Of a stretch of 64,000 nt of DNA, positions 51,546 through 59,898 are shown one piece after another. Origin of the DNA: Thermoplasmata archaeon (lineage in GTDB: Archaea; Thermoplasmatota; Thermoplasmata; Lutacidiplasmatales; UBA184). Every line of letters begins with the position of its first letter. The stretch's first letter is position 1. The notes under the pieces are model-generated. The model made no database searches, was not told where the DNA came from, and saw only the letters and a program-made list of their open reading frames with translations. Location: positions 3,676 through 67,675 of the forward strand of contig JAKAUN010000002.1 of assembly GCA_021817605.1 (NCBI GenBank). Direction: 5' to 3'. The position numbers were made by a program, and so were the translations under genes.

Positions 51546-53111
51546 ATGGCGCGGATCCGAAGAGGCTCCACAGTCCGGGAGGCGGACCTCCTTTCGCGAG
51601 CCAAGGCGCTGAGGTCGAGCGTCGAGCCGCTGCTCCCGCGGCTCACCGCCGAGTGCCCGACCGAGCGGTTCGACCGTCTTCGGCAGGAGCTCGAGGAGGT
51701 CCGGGCCGCACGCGAGGACGACAAGCGGCTCACGCGTCTCTCCCGCTGGGGGGATCCTCTCGCCCGGGCCTACGCCGGCCTGCTCAAGTTCGCCCTCGAA
51801 CCGACGGCGCCCGCGGTGGTCGCCTTCGAGATCCCGGGTGGCGAGGTCTCCTTCGCGCCGCTCGCCCGCACCGACCGGGAGGCAGAGGTCGCGGTGCAAC
51901 AGTCGGACGACCCGGGACGCCTGCTCCTCGGCTACCTCACCTGGGGGAAACGCGGCTTTCACTTCTTCGCGACCCGCAAGACGCTCTGGTGCACGGGACG
52001 CTCGCCGACCCCTCCTGAGGAGTTCCTCGCGGAACGGATCGCCGAGCAGCCGTACCGCCTCATCGAGAACGCTGCGGAACGACGGTTCGACTGCCCGCAC
52101 CTTTCCAGCGGAGAGCCTCGACCCTACCTCGAGGTCGGCTGGGTCGGCGCGGACCGGCGGTTCCGGGTCTGCCGCCGCTGCGCGAAGGAGGGCCGTCAGC
52201 TGCTCTCGAGCCTGTCGGAAGGGGCGCTCGGGCCGGACCCCGTCGCGGAGTTCCCCGTCGCGGCCTCGCTCAACGTCCGCTGCTCCGGCGGGCAGGCGTG
52301 CGTGCACGCCGTCCTCCCGGAGCTGCCCCGCCCGCTCCGCCAGAGCTACGAGCGAGGGCGCCTTTCGGACGCGCAGCTGATCGACGAGTACCTCCTCGAG
52401 CTCAGGCCGCGTCTCGAGCGGGTGAGCCGGCCGACGTTCGTTGCCGGCGGGGTCTGCTACGGCTCCGATCTCTCGGGCTTTCTCCAGGCACTAGATCCCA
52501 CCCCGGCCGAACGGGCCGCGCTCGAGACGGTCCTCGGCGGACGCCCCGGGCTCTTTGAGGTGGACGAGCCGTCCGCGAGCCGGGCGCTCGAGAAGCTCTG
52601 GGCGTCGCACGCGGAGGAGATCGTCTCGGCGATCGTCCACGACCCGAAGGAGGCCCGACGGCTCGTCGACCAAGCCCGCGGCGCCCCGGGGCGCGTCGCG
52701 GAGATCCTCAAGCGCGCCCAGCGCCAGAGCGAGACCCGGGAGCTTCTGGGGACCTTGCCACAGTACGCTTCGCTCGCCCCCGAGGCCGCGTGGGCGGACC
52801 GGATCGCCCGCGTCCATCGCACCGGAGGGGATGCGGCCGCCGAGCGCGCCGTCACCGAGTCGCTCCCCCGCGAGGGCAAGACCCGCGGGCTCGCCTACGG
52901 GATGCTCCTCGCCATCGGGCGGACCGGCCCGCATGCCTGGCAGTTCTCCCCGACGGAGAAGGAGTTCGGCCAGTCGCTCGAGCCGCGGGCCCGTGCGCTC
53001 CTCGGCTCGACGCCGGAGGGCTACCACGAGGCGCTCGGCGCCCTCCTTACCGCCGCCGGCGTCGCGGGGTGGGGAACTCTGGCGGCTCCCAACGTTCCGC
53101 GCGAAGGGTAG
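51546..53111 (+). CDS. Hypothetical 521-aa Cys-rich protein of unknown function
   Basis: Strong G/C-ending codon bias throughout. Cys/His patterns include WCTG, FDCPH, RVCRRCAKEG and RCSGGQACVH. The C-terminal half is helical. I recognise no family. Confidence 0.65.
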   Translation: MARIRRGSTVREADLLSRAKALRSSVEPLLPRLTAECPTERFDRLRQELEEVRAAREDDKRLTRLSRWGDPLARAYAGLLKFALEPTAPAVVAFEIPGGEVSFAPLARTDREAEVAVQQSDDPGRLLLGYLTWGKRGFHFFATRKTLWCTGRSPTPPEEFLAERIAEQPYRLIENAAERRFDCPHLSSGEPRPYLEVGWVGADRRFRVCRRCAKEGRQLLSSLSEGALGPDPVAEFPVAASLNVRCSGGQACVHAVLPELPRPLRQSYERGRLSDAQLIDEYLLELRPRLERVSRPTFVAGGVCYGSDLSGFLQALDPTPAERAALETVLGGRPGLFEVDEPSASRALEKLWASHAEEIVSAIVHDPKEARRLVDQARGAPGRVAEILKRAQRQSETRELLGTLPQYASLAPEAAWADRIARVHRTGGDAAAERAVTESLPREGKTRGLAYGMLLAIGRTGPHAWQFSPTEKEFGQSLEPRARALLGSTPEGYHEALGALLTAAGVAGWGTLAAPNVPREG

Positions 53112-53194
53112 GCAGAAATAGAGCCGATCGCCTATTCGACGCCGTCTGCCGTCCGGGGACCCGGGTCGGGCCGGTAGCGGCAGGCGCTAGGACG

Positions 53195-53596
53195 GTGCGC
53201 GCTGCGGAGTCGGGAGGCCCCAGTGCGGTCGTCGCGGCGGGAGACGAGGAGACTCGCATCCTGCTGCGGGGCCTGCTTCGGCTCCATCACGTGCGGGTCG
53301 AAGGAGAGGCGCGCAACGCTTCCGTGGCTCTCGAGCTGCTTCGGCGCGTCCGTCCGTCGCTGCTCGTGCTCGACGTCGATCTTGCCGACGGCGGCTTCGA
53401 GAAGCTCTTGGCCGGCGCCCGCGCGCAGCTTCCCGGCCTCAGGATCGTCCTGGTCGCCCCGTCCTCCCGTCCCCCGCCGGCCCTGCCCGACGGCCCCGCG
53501 CCGGACGTGACGCTCCTGCGCCCGTTCCGCATTCGGGCCTTCGCCGAGGCGATCGCCCCGTCGGCCGGCGGCGCCCCGCCCGGCCCTCCTCCCTAG
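53195..53596 (+). CDS. Stand-alone CheY-like receiver domain (atypical: RPF instead of KPF)
   Basis: VVAAGDEETRILLRGLL (acidic pocket), LLVLDVDLADG (phospho-acceptor Asp position), RIVLVAPS and LLRPFRIRAF. The start is uncertain; GTG 53195 is in frame with ORF 52790..53596. An AGAAATAG box lies at 53114-53121. Confidence 0.5.
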   Translation: MRAAESGGPSAVVAAGDEETRILLRGLLRLHHVRVEGEARNASVALELLRRVRPSLLVLDVDLADGGFEKLLAGARAQLPGLRIVLVAPSSRPPPALPDGPAPDVTLLRPFRIRAFAEAIAPSAGGAPPGPPP

Positions 53597-54360
53597 AGCT
53601 TGCGGAACCGGGCGAGAGCGGCGTCCTCCTCGAAGTGGAGGGTCGGCGCGAGGACGACCACGCAGTGCATCGGCGGGCCAAAGTCGCGGCCGACCAGGCG
53701 CGCGAAGGTCCCGACGTAGCCTCGTGCCTCCGGGCGGCCGACCCGGGCGGCCACGGCGAGCTCCTCGTCGTCGCCGACGACCTTCCCGTCGGGATCGCGC
53801 TCGCGCAGGAGCGCGAGCGCCCTGCCCGCCAGGAGGAACTCTCCGCGCTCGGGGGCGAGGTCGAGCAGGAGGAGGGTGTGCAGCCCCGCGCGACGGTTCT
53901 CGGCGATCCGCTCGAGAGGCGAGGTCGGGGAGAACCTCGGATCCGGTAGAGGCAGCGAGACCGGCCGGCCGAACCGGTAATGCATGAGCCCGAGGAAACC
54001 GGCCGCCGCGGAGAGGATCGAGGCGTTCGGAAGGTAGCTCCAGGTGTGGCCGGCGCGCTCGGCCGCGAGCCGCAGCGCGACATGCGTGGTCGCCGCGAAC
54101 GGGTCGCCGACCGCGAGGAGCGCCACGGAGGCCGAGCGCCCGAGAGCGGCGAGCACCGGTGCCTCCCCCTCGAGCGCCCCCCGCGCGAGAGTGACGATCG
54201 GCCGTCCGAGCTCCTGCGACAGGCGGTCCATCGACCCCGGGGCGGCGACCGCGGTGTACTCCTCGGCGAAGACCTCCGAGCGGGAAAGGACCTCGAGGGC
54301 CCGGCGCGAGAGCCCGCGCTCGTCATCCAGGCCCAGCCCGACGAACCAGAGCTCGGACAC
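53593..54360 (-). CDS. dphB: Diphthine synthase
   Basis: MSELWFVGLGLDDERGLSRRALEVL...LLAVGDPFAATTH...GFLGLMHYRFGRPVSLP... is typical of the tetrapyrrole-methylase-fold Dph5. Confidence 0.9.
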   Translation of the reverse strand: MSELWFVGLGLDDERGLSRRALEVLSRSEVFAEEYTAVAAPGSMDRLSQELGRPIVTLARGALEGEAPVLAALGRSASVALLAVGDPFAATTHVALRLAAERAGHTWSYLPNASILSAAAGFLGLMHYRFGRPVSLPLPDPRFSPTSPLERIAENRRAGLHTLLLLDLAPERGEFLLAGRALALLRERDPDGKVVGDDEELAVAARVGRPEARGYVGTFARLVGRDFGPPMHCVVVLAPTLHFEEDAALARFRKL

Positions 54361-54377
54361 GGCCGCTCGGCCCCTCG

Positions 54378-55181
54378 CTAGGCCCGCACGGCCATCACCG
54401 GGCAGGGAGCCGCCCTAAAGAGCGCCTCGAGGAAACGCCGCGTCAGCAGCCGCCCGCCGGCGAACTCCTCCTCGCCGACGATCACCAGCCCGTAGCGCTC
54501 CGCCGCGGCGGCCTGGAGCATGAGCTCGGGGAGGCGGCGGCGTCGGCCGAGCATCGCGGAGGGGAGCGGGCTGACGCGCCTCATGATCGGCACCCCTCGC
54601 GCGGTCCAGTCCTCGCCCGGGGCGGCCGCGGCCCGTCCGGCCGACGCTCCGACCGCGAGCGCGATCACCTGGACCCCGCCGGCCTTGACCGAGAGCTCCT
54701 CGGCGAGGGCGAGCGCCCGCGGCGGGGGGCTCTCGCGGAACGTGGGCAAAAGGATGCGCGGGAGAGCGTCGGTCGCCAGGGCGAGGCGGTTGACGACCAG
54801 CACGTTGGCGCGGGCGTGCTGGAGCAGCGCGCTCGCCGTCCGGCCGACGAACGGGTTGCGGCTGCGCCGGTCGCCTCGCAGCGTGAAGAGGATGGCATCG
54901 ACCCCGTGGGCCTCGGCGCTCTCGAGGATCTCCCCCGCGACGTCGGAGGCCGCGCGCACCTCGGGCTCGACGCGGATGTCGAGGACGGCGCCGGCCTCGT
55001 GCGCGGGGACGACCAGGTTGACGGACGCCCGCCACTCGCGCGTCACCTCCGGGAGGGTCGTGGTCGGGATGACGTGGAGCACGCGCACCTCGCCGTCCGG
55101 CTCCAGCAGCCGGGAAGCGAAGCGGACGAGCGGCTCGACCTCGGCTGCGACCTGGACGGGGACGAGGATCTTGCGGTACAC
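54378..55181 (-). CDS. Tandem universal stress protein (UspA) domains; KdpQ-like position downstream of kdpC
   Basis: Two Usp modules (MYRKILVPV...VLHV...GVDAILF...LLQHARANVLVV, and a second ending PCPVMAVR). The start lies 1 nt after the kdpC stop. Confidence 0.83.
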   Translation of the reverse strand: MYRKILVPVQVAAEVEPLVRFASRLLEPDGEVRVLHVIPTTTLPEVTREWRASVNLVVPAHEAGAVLDIRVEPEVRAASDVAGEILESAEAHGVDAILFTLRGDRRSRNPFVGRTASALLQHARANVLVVNRLALATDALPRILLPTFRESPPPRALALAEELSVKAGGVQVIALAVGASAGRAAAAPGEDWTARGVPIMRRVSPLPSAMLGRRRRLPELMLQAAAAERYGLVIVGEEEFAGGRLLTRRFLEALFRAAPCPVMAVRA

Positions 55182-55182
55182 G

Positions 55183-55845
55183 CTAGCACTTCCCTACGAG
55201 GCTCAGCAGAGCCATGTCGAGCTCAAGAACGTTCACGAAGGACTCGCCGAGGTAGGGAAGGGGTGGGGAGCTAATGTGGGCGTTCACCAGCGCGAGGACC
55301 TCCGCGACGGAGAGGTTGTTCTCCTGGGCGACCCGGGGGACCTGGACGAGGACGGCCTCGGGGACGAGGTCGGGGTCGACGGAGGAGGCGGACGGAGCGG
55401 CGTACCAGAAGGGGACGGTCGCATTGACCGAGAGGTTGCCGTAGAGACGCATGTAGTCGATCGTCTCGTTGAGCAGGCGGCCAAGAGCCGGGTCGCTCGG
55501 CCCGGGAGGGACCGCGGCGCCGAGAGTGGTGTTGTAGTCGGTGAGCGACGGACGGGCCCAGAACAGCGACGGGCCGAGCGTGCCGGCCGAGAGGTTCTGC
55601 GCGATGTCGACCGAGCCGACCACGGTCCCGTTCGGGCAGCGCAGCAGCGAGCCGCCGGCGCTCCCCGGGACCAGGAGCTCCGCCACGGCGCTCACCGCCA
55701 GCGGGTAGACGACGCCGGAGAGGAGGAGGGCGAGGACGAGGAAGATCCCGGCGGCCCGTGCGTGGGTCCTCAGCCGGTGCTCGGTCGGGACCGCCGGCTC
55801 GGTGGGCGGGCCGAGAGGCGCCGGCGGGCCCCGCGGGGCGCTCAC
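55183..55845 (-). CDS. kdpC: Potassium-transporting ATPase subunit C
   Basis: GTG 55845 overlaps the kdpB TGA (GTGA). A TM helix (AAGIFLVLALLLSGVVYPLAV) is followed by ...SSVDPDLVPEAVLVQVPRVA..., the KdpC core. Confidence 0.83.
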   Translation of the reverse strand: MSAPRGPPAPLGPPTEPAVPTEHRLRTHARAAGIFLVLALLLSGVVYPLAVSAVAELLVPGSAGGSLLRCPNGTVVGSVDIAQNLSAGTLGPSLFWARPSLTDYNTTLGAAVPPGPSDPALGRLLNETIDYMRLYGNLSVNATVPFWYAAPSASSVDPDLVPEAVLVQVPRVAQENNLSVAEVLALVNAHISSPPLPYLGESFVNVLELDMALLSLVGKC

Positions 55846-57977
55846 GGGCCTCCGAGGGGAAGGTGGCGGACGACGAGCCGGGCGACCGTGGCGAACGCGG
55901 GCTCGCGGACGAGCCAGGCGAGGAAGTGGTAGCAGAGCCAGATCCCCACGAACGCGCTCACGAGGCCTCCCAGGCCGTAGCTCACCAGGTTGCGCCGCAA
56001 CAGGTCGATCGCGCTCCGAGGCCGGAACGGCACGCCGGCGAGCGCGAGGGGGATGAGCAGGGGGATGATGAGCGCGTTGAAGACGAGGGCCGCGAGCACC
56101 GCGAGGTACGGGTTGGAGAAGCCGAGCAGGTTGAGCAGCGCGATCCCCGGTAGCGCGACGGCCCCTCCGCCCAGGAAGATCGCCGGGATGATGGCGAAGT
56201 ACTTCGCCACGTCGTTCGTGATCGAGAACGTGGTCAGCGCCCCGCGCGTGATGAGCAGCTGCTTGCCGATCGAGACGACCTCGATGATCTTGGTGGGGTC
56301 GTTGTCGAGGTCGACCATGTTGCCGGCCTCCTTCGCCGCGCTGGTCCCCGAGTTCATGCACAGGCCCACGTCCGCCCGTGCGAGCGCGGGGGCGTCGTTG
56401 GTCCCGTCGCCGGTCATCGCCACGAGCCTCCCGGCGCTCTTCTCCCGCTGGATGAGCTCGAGCTTGCTCTCGGGCTTCGCCTCGGCGACGAACTCGTCGA
56501 CGCCGCTCTCCTCGGCGATCGCCGCCGCGGTGAGACGGTTGTCGCCGGTGCACATGATCGTCCGGATCCCCATCGTGCTGAGCTCGTGGATCCGGTCGCG
56601 GATGCCCGGCTTCACCACGTCCTTGAGGATGACGAGGCCGACCACGCGCTTGTTGACGGCGATCGCCAGAGGGGTCATCCCCTTGCGCGCGGCCTCCGCG
56701 GCGGCAGAACGGGTCGGGGCCGGGAGAGGCGCCCCGTAGGCCTCGATCGAGCTGAGCGCCCCCTTGAAGACCTCCGTGCCGTCGGCGAGCGTGAGCCCGC
56801 TCATGCGCCGCTCGGCGGTGAACGGCATCACCTTGTAGGAGCCCGGCTCCAGGCGACGCGAAGGAGCGCTGCGCCGGGCCGCGAGGCGCACGATCGAGCG
56901 GCCCTCGGGGGTCTCGTCCAGGGTCGAGGAGAGCAGCGCGGCCTCGAGCAGCTCGGACGCCGGCACGTCGGGGGCCTGCACGAACTGCACGGCGAGACGG
57001 CTCCCCACCGTGATCGTCCCGGTCTTGTCGAGGATGAGCACGTCCAGATCGCCGGAGGCCTCAACCGCCTTACCGGATTTGGCGATGACGTTCGCCCGCG
57101 CCACACGGTTGACCCCCGAGATGCCGATCGCCGGGAGGAGCGCTCCGATGGTCGTCGGCATGAGGCAGACGAACAGGGCGATGATCGTCGCGAGGTCGAC
57201 CGTGACCTCGCCGGAGAAGTTGGCGAGGTAGACGAAGCTCAGGACGACCACGAAGAGCGTGACCGTGAACGCCGCGAGGAGGACCGAGAGCGCGATCTCG
57301 CTGGGCGTCGGCTCGCGTCCGAGCCCTTCGACCAGGCGGATGAGCCTATCGAGGAACGATTCGCCGCGCGCGGCGCTCACCCGCACGCGGACGGTCCCCT
57401 GCAACACCCGGGTCCCGCCGAGGACGCTCGTCTTGTCGCCTCCGCTCTCGCGGGTGACCGCCTCGGACTCGCCGGTCATCATCGACTCGTCGATGAGCGC
57501 CACGCCCTCGATGACGTCACCGTCCATCGGGATCGGTTCGCCGGGGGCGACCTCGACCGTGTCCCCGACATGCAGCACGTCCGAGGGGACCCAGCGGAGC
57601 GCGCCGTCCGGCAGGACCTGGCGGGCGCGGATCCCGCTGCGGATCGCCCGCAGGCTCTCGGCCTGCGCGCGACCCTGCGCCTCGGCGATCGCTTCGGCGA
57701 GGTTGGCGAACCAGACCGTCAGGAACAGGATGATCGCGACGGCGACGTAGTAGCCGGCCTGGTAGCTTGCCGCGATGTCCGGGAACGCCCGCGGGTAGAG
57801 GGTGACCAGGCTCACGAAGAGGAAGAGGACGAAGACGCAGAACATGAGCGGGTGGCGCATCTGGCGGCGCAGCCCGAAGTGCTTGACCGAGTCGACCAGG
57901 ACCCGACGGACCGAGGTATGCGGCCTACGCCGCACCGAGACGCGGGCGCCGGGTTCGACGGGATCGGGGGCGGCCAC
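55842..57977 (-). CDS. kdpB: Potassium-transporting P-type ATPase subunit B
   Basis: 711 aa. DKTGTIT phosphorylation motif, MTGESE, MCTGDN and MTGDGTNDAPALA. Confidence 0.95.
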   Translation of the reverse strand: MAAPDPVEPGARVSVRRRPHTSVRRVLVDSVKHFGLRRQMRHPLMFCVFVLFLFVSLVTLYPRAFPDIAASYQAGYYVAVAIILFLTVWFANLAEAIAEAQGRAQAESLRAIRSGIRARQVLPDGALRWVPSDVLHVGDTVEVAPGEPIPMDGDVIEGVALIDESMMTGESEAVTRESGGDKTSVLGGTRVLQGTVRVRVSAARGESFLDRLIRLVEGLGREPTPSEIALSVLLAAFTVTLFVVVLSFVYLANFSGEVTVDLATIIALFVCLMPTTIGALLPAIGISGVNRVARANVIAKSGKAVEASGDLDVLILDKTGTITVGSRLAVQFVQAPDVPASELLEAALLSSTLDETPEGRSIVRLAARRSAPSRRLEPGSYKVMPFTAERRMSGLTLADGTEVFKGALSSIEAYGAPLPAPTRSAAAEAARKGMTPLAIAVNKRVVGLVILKDVVKPGIRDRIHELSTMGIRTIMCTGDNRLTAAAIAEESGVDEFVAEAKPESKLELIQREKSAGRLVAMTGDGTNDAPALARADVGLCMNSGTSAAKEAGNMVDLDNDPTKIIEVVSIGKQLLITRGALTTFSITNDVAKYFAIIPAIFLGGGAVALPGIALLNLLGFSNPYLAVLAALVFNALIIPLLIPLALAGVPFRPRSAIDLLRRNLVSYGLGGLVSAFVGIWLCYHFLAWLVREPAFATVARLVVRHLPLGGP

Positions 57978-57980
57978 GGA

Positions 57981-59693
57981 CTAGCCGACCCCCACGATCT
58001 GGGCGAGAGGCCCCAGCGCCATCACCGGCAGGAATACCAGCGCCGTGACGACCACGACGAAGAGCGCCAGGTAGACCGCGAAGGTGCCCGTGGCGGTGTT
58101 GAGCGTCCCGGGGCCCTGCGGCAGCGTCGCCTCTCCGGCGAAGTAGCCGCCCACGCGAAGCATCACGTAGATCGGGACGAACCGACCGAGGAGCATCACG
58201 AGGCCGCCGACCACGTTGAAGTAGGGGGTCGTGTCGTTGAAGGCGTTGGACGAGAGCGCCGAGCCGTTGTTCGCCGACTCGCTCGCGAACTCGTAGAGGA
58301 CCGAGCTGAAGGTGTGCGCCGTCACTCCTATCGATGCCCCGCCCACGGAGACCCAGCCGCCCACGACGGCGATGGAGAACGGGACCAGGATGAGCGCCGG
58401 GTGCAGGATGAGGGCGAGGGCCGCCCAGCGCACCTGGCTCGTCCCGATCTTCTTGCCCAGGTACTCGGGGGTCCTCCCGACCATGAGGCCGCCGACGTAG
58501 ATCGCCAGCACCGTGAACACGAGCAGCATGGCAAACCCGGTCCCGTCGCCCCCGGGGGTCGCCTGGGTGAACATGCCGAAGAGCAGGACGAGCTGGGCGA
58601 TCGGGGAGATCGCCCCGATCTGCATCGAGTTCGCGCCGACGTTGTTGTAGACGCTCACCACCTGGAAGAACGCCGTCTCCGGAAGGCTCCAGCGTGTCTC
58701 CTGGCCGACCGGATAGCCGTTGGTCGACGGACCGAGGCCGGGGATGCCCCCGAGGAGGGGGTTGGCGGCGGCCTGGTAGGCGACGAAGAGGCCCACCGCG
58801 ATCGCGACGATCAGCACGATGACGGCCACGAAGGGCCACGCTTCGGCGCGTCGGCGCACCATCGTCCCGAAGGCGAACGGCGTGGAGAACGGCACGAGGA
58901 GCATCAGGAACGTCCCGAGCAGCAGGCTCGCCGAGGACGGGTTGGCAAGCGGGCTCGCTGCGTTCGCGGTGTAGTAGCCCCCTCCGTTCGTCCCGAGGAG
59001 GCTGATCGCCTGGAACGAGGCGACCGGGCCGAGGTAGATCGTCTGGGTCCCTCCGGTGAGCGGGTGGGCCCTCACCGCTGCGACAAGCGTCTCGGGCACC
59101 CCAAGAGCGACAAAGACGAGCGCCCCGAGCACCGCGACCGGAAGGAGGATGCGCGTGATCGAGCGGGTGAGGTCGACGTAGAAGTTGCCGAGACGCCCGT
59201 CCTTGCGGACGAAACCCCGGATCATCGCGGCGGCGACGGAGAGGCCGGTCGCCGCCGAGAGGAAGAGCGCGAGCTGCCAGGCGATCATCGCGGAGCCAAG
59301 GCTCAGCTGCGACTCGTTGACGAAGTGGGTGAAGTCGGTGTTGGTCGTGAAGCTCGCCGCGGAGTGGAAGGCGAGGTCCCACGGCATCCCGGGCGCGCCG
59401 GTCGGGTCGAGCGGGAGCGCGTGCTGGAGGAGGAAGAACAGGAAGAGGAAGGCGAACGTCCCCCCGTTGACGAACAGGACGGCGACCATGTACTCGCCGG
59501 CGCGCATCGGCCGACGCGGCGAGGTGCCGAGGAGCCGGTAGACCGCCCGCTCGAGCGGGAGGAGGAGGCTGTCGCCCGCCACGGGCCGCTCGAGGTAGAC
59601 CTTCCCGACGTAGCGGCCGAACCAGGGAGCGACGGCGAGCACGACCCCCAGAAGGACGAGGACGTCCCAGAGCGACTGGAGGGCGAAGGCCAT
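57981..59693 (-). CDS. kdpA: Potassium-transporting ATPase subunit A
   Basis: 570-aa polytopic protein. GTNGGGYYTANAASPLANP and NNGSA are KdpA selectivity-filter-like segments. Confidence 0.95.
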   Translation of the reverse strand: MAFALQSLWDVLVLLGVVLAVAPWFGRYVGKVYLERPVAGDSLLLPLERAVYRLLGTSPRRPMRAGEYMVAVLFVNGGTFAFLFLFFLLQHALPLDPTGAPGMPWDLAFHSAASFTTNTDFTHFVNESQLSLGSAMIAWQLALFLSAATGLSVAAAMIRGFVRKDGRLGNFYVDLTRSITRILLPVAVLGALVFVALGVPETLVAAVRAHPLTGGTQTIYLGPVASFQAISLLGTNGGGYYTANAASPLANPSSASLLLGTFLMLLVPFSTPFAFGTMVRRRAEAWPFVAVIVLIVAIAVGLFVAYQAAANPLLGGIPGLGPSTNGYPVGQETRWSLPETAFFQVVSVYNNVGANSMQIGAISPIAQLVLLFGMFTQATPGGDGTGFAMLLVFTVLAIYVGGLMVGRTPEYLGKKIGTSQVRWAALALILHPALILVPFSIAVVGGWVSVGGASIGVTAHTFSSVLYEFASESANNGSALSSNAFNDTTPYFNVVGGLVMLLGRFVPIYVMLRVGGYFAGEATLPQGPGTLNTATGTFAVYLALFVVVVTALVFLPVMALGPLAQIVGVG

Positions 59694-59702
59694 GGGCTCC
59701 GC

Positions 59703-59816
59703 TCAGAACCGCTCGGGGTGGATCATCACTCGGACGAGATAGGTGACCAACCCCGCCGCAAGAACGCTCAGGACCAAGAGTCCAAGGTTCGTCTCTACCC
59801 ACGCCAACGGACCCAT
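59703..59816 (-). CDS. kdpF: Potassium-transporting ATPase subunit F (37-aa single-TM peptide)
   Basis: Too short for the ORF track. My translation is MGPLAWVETNLGLLVLSVLAAGLVTYLVRVMIHPERF. It ends 9 bp upstream of the kdpA ATG, and its position, size and C-terminal YL..V...PE.F pattern fit KdpF. Confidence 0.6.
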   Translation of the reverse strand: MGPLAWVETNLGLLVLSVLAAGLVTYLVRVMIHPERF

Positions 59817-59849
59817 CGCGTGCCCGGGCAGGGTCGAGCCGGCCTTCCG

Positions 59850-59856
59850 TATTTAG
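59850..59856 (-). promoter_or_regulatory. Putative TATA box (minus strand GCTAAATAC) for kdpFABC
   Basis: AT-rich element about 37 bp upstream of the kdpF ATG, in the 82-bp spacer after the hef stop. Confidence 0.45.
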
Positions 59857-59898
59857 CGTGCCGGACCGAAGGGCAACGGCTCCCCCCGGCGGGCCGCC

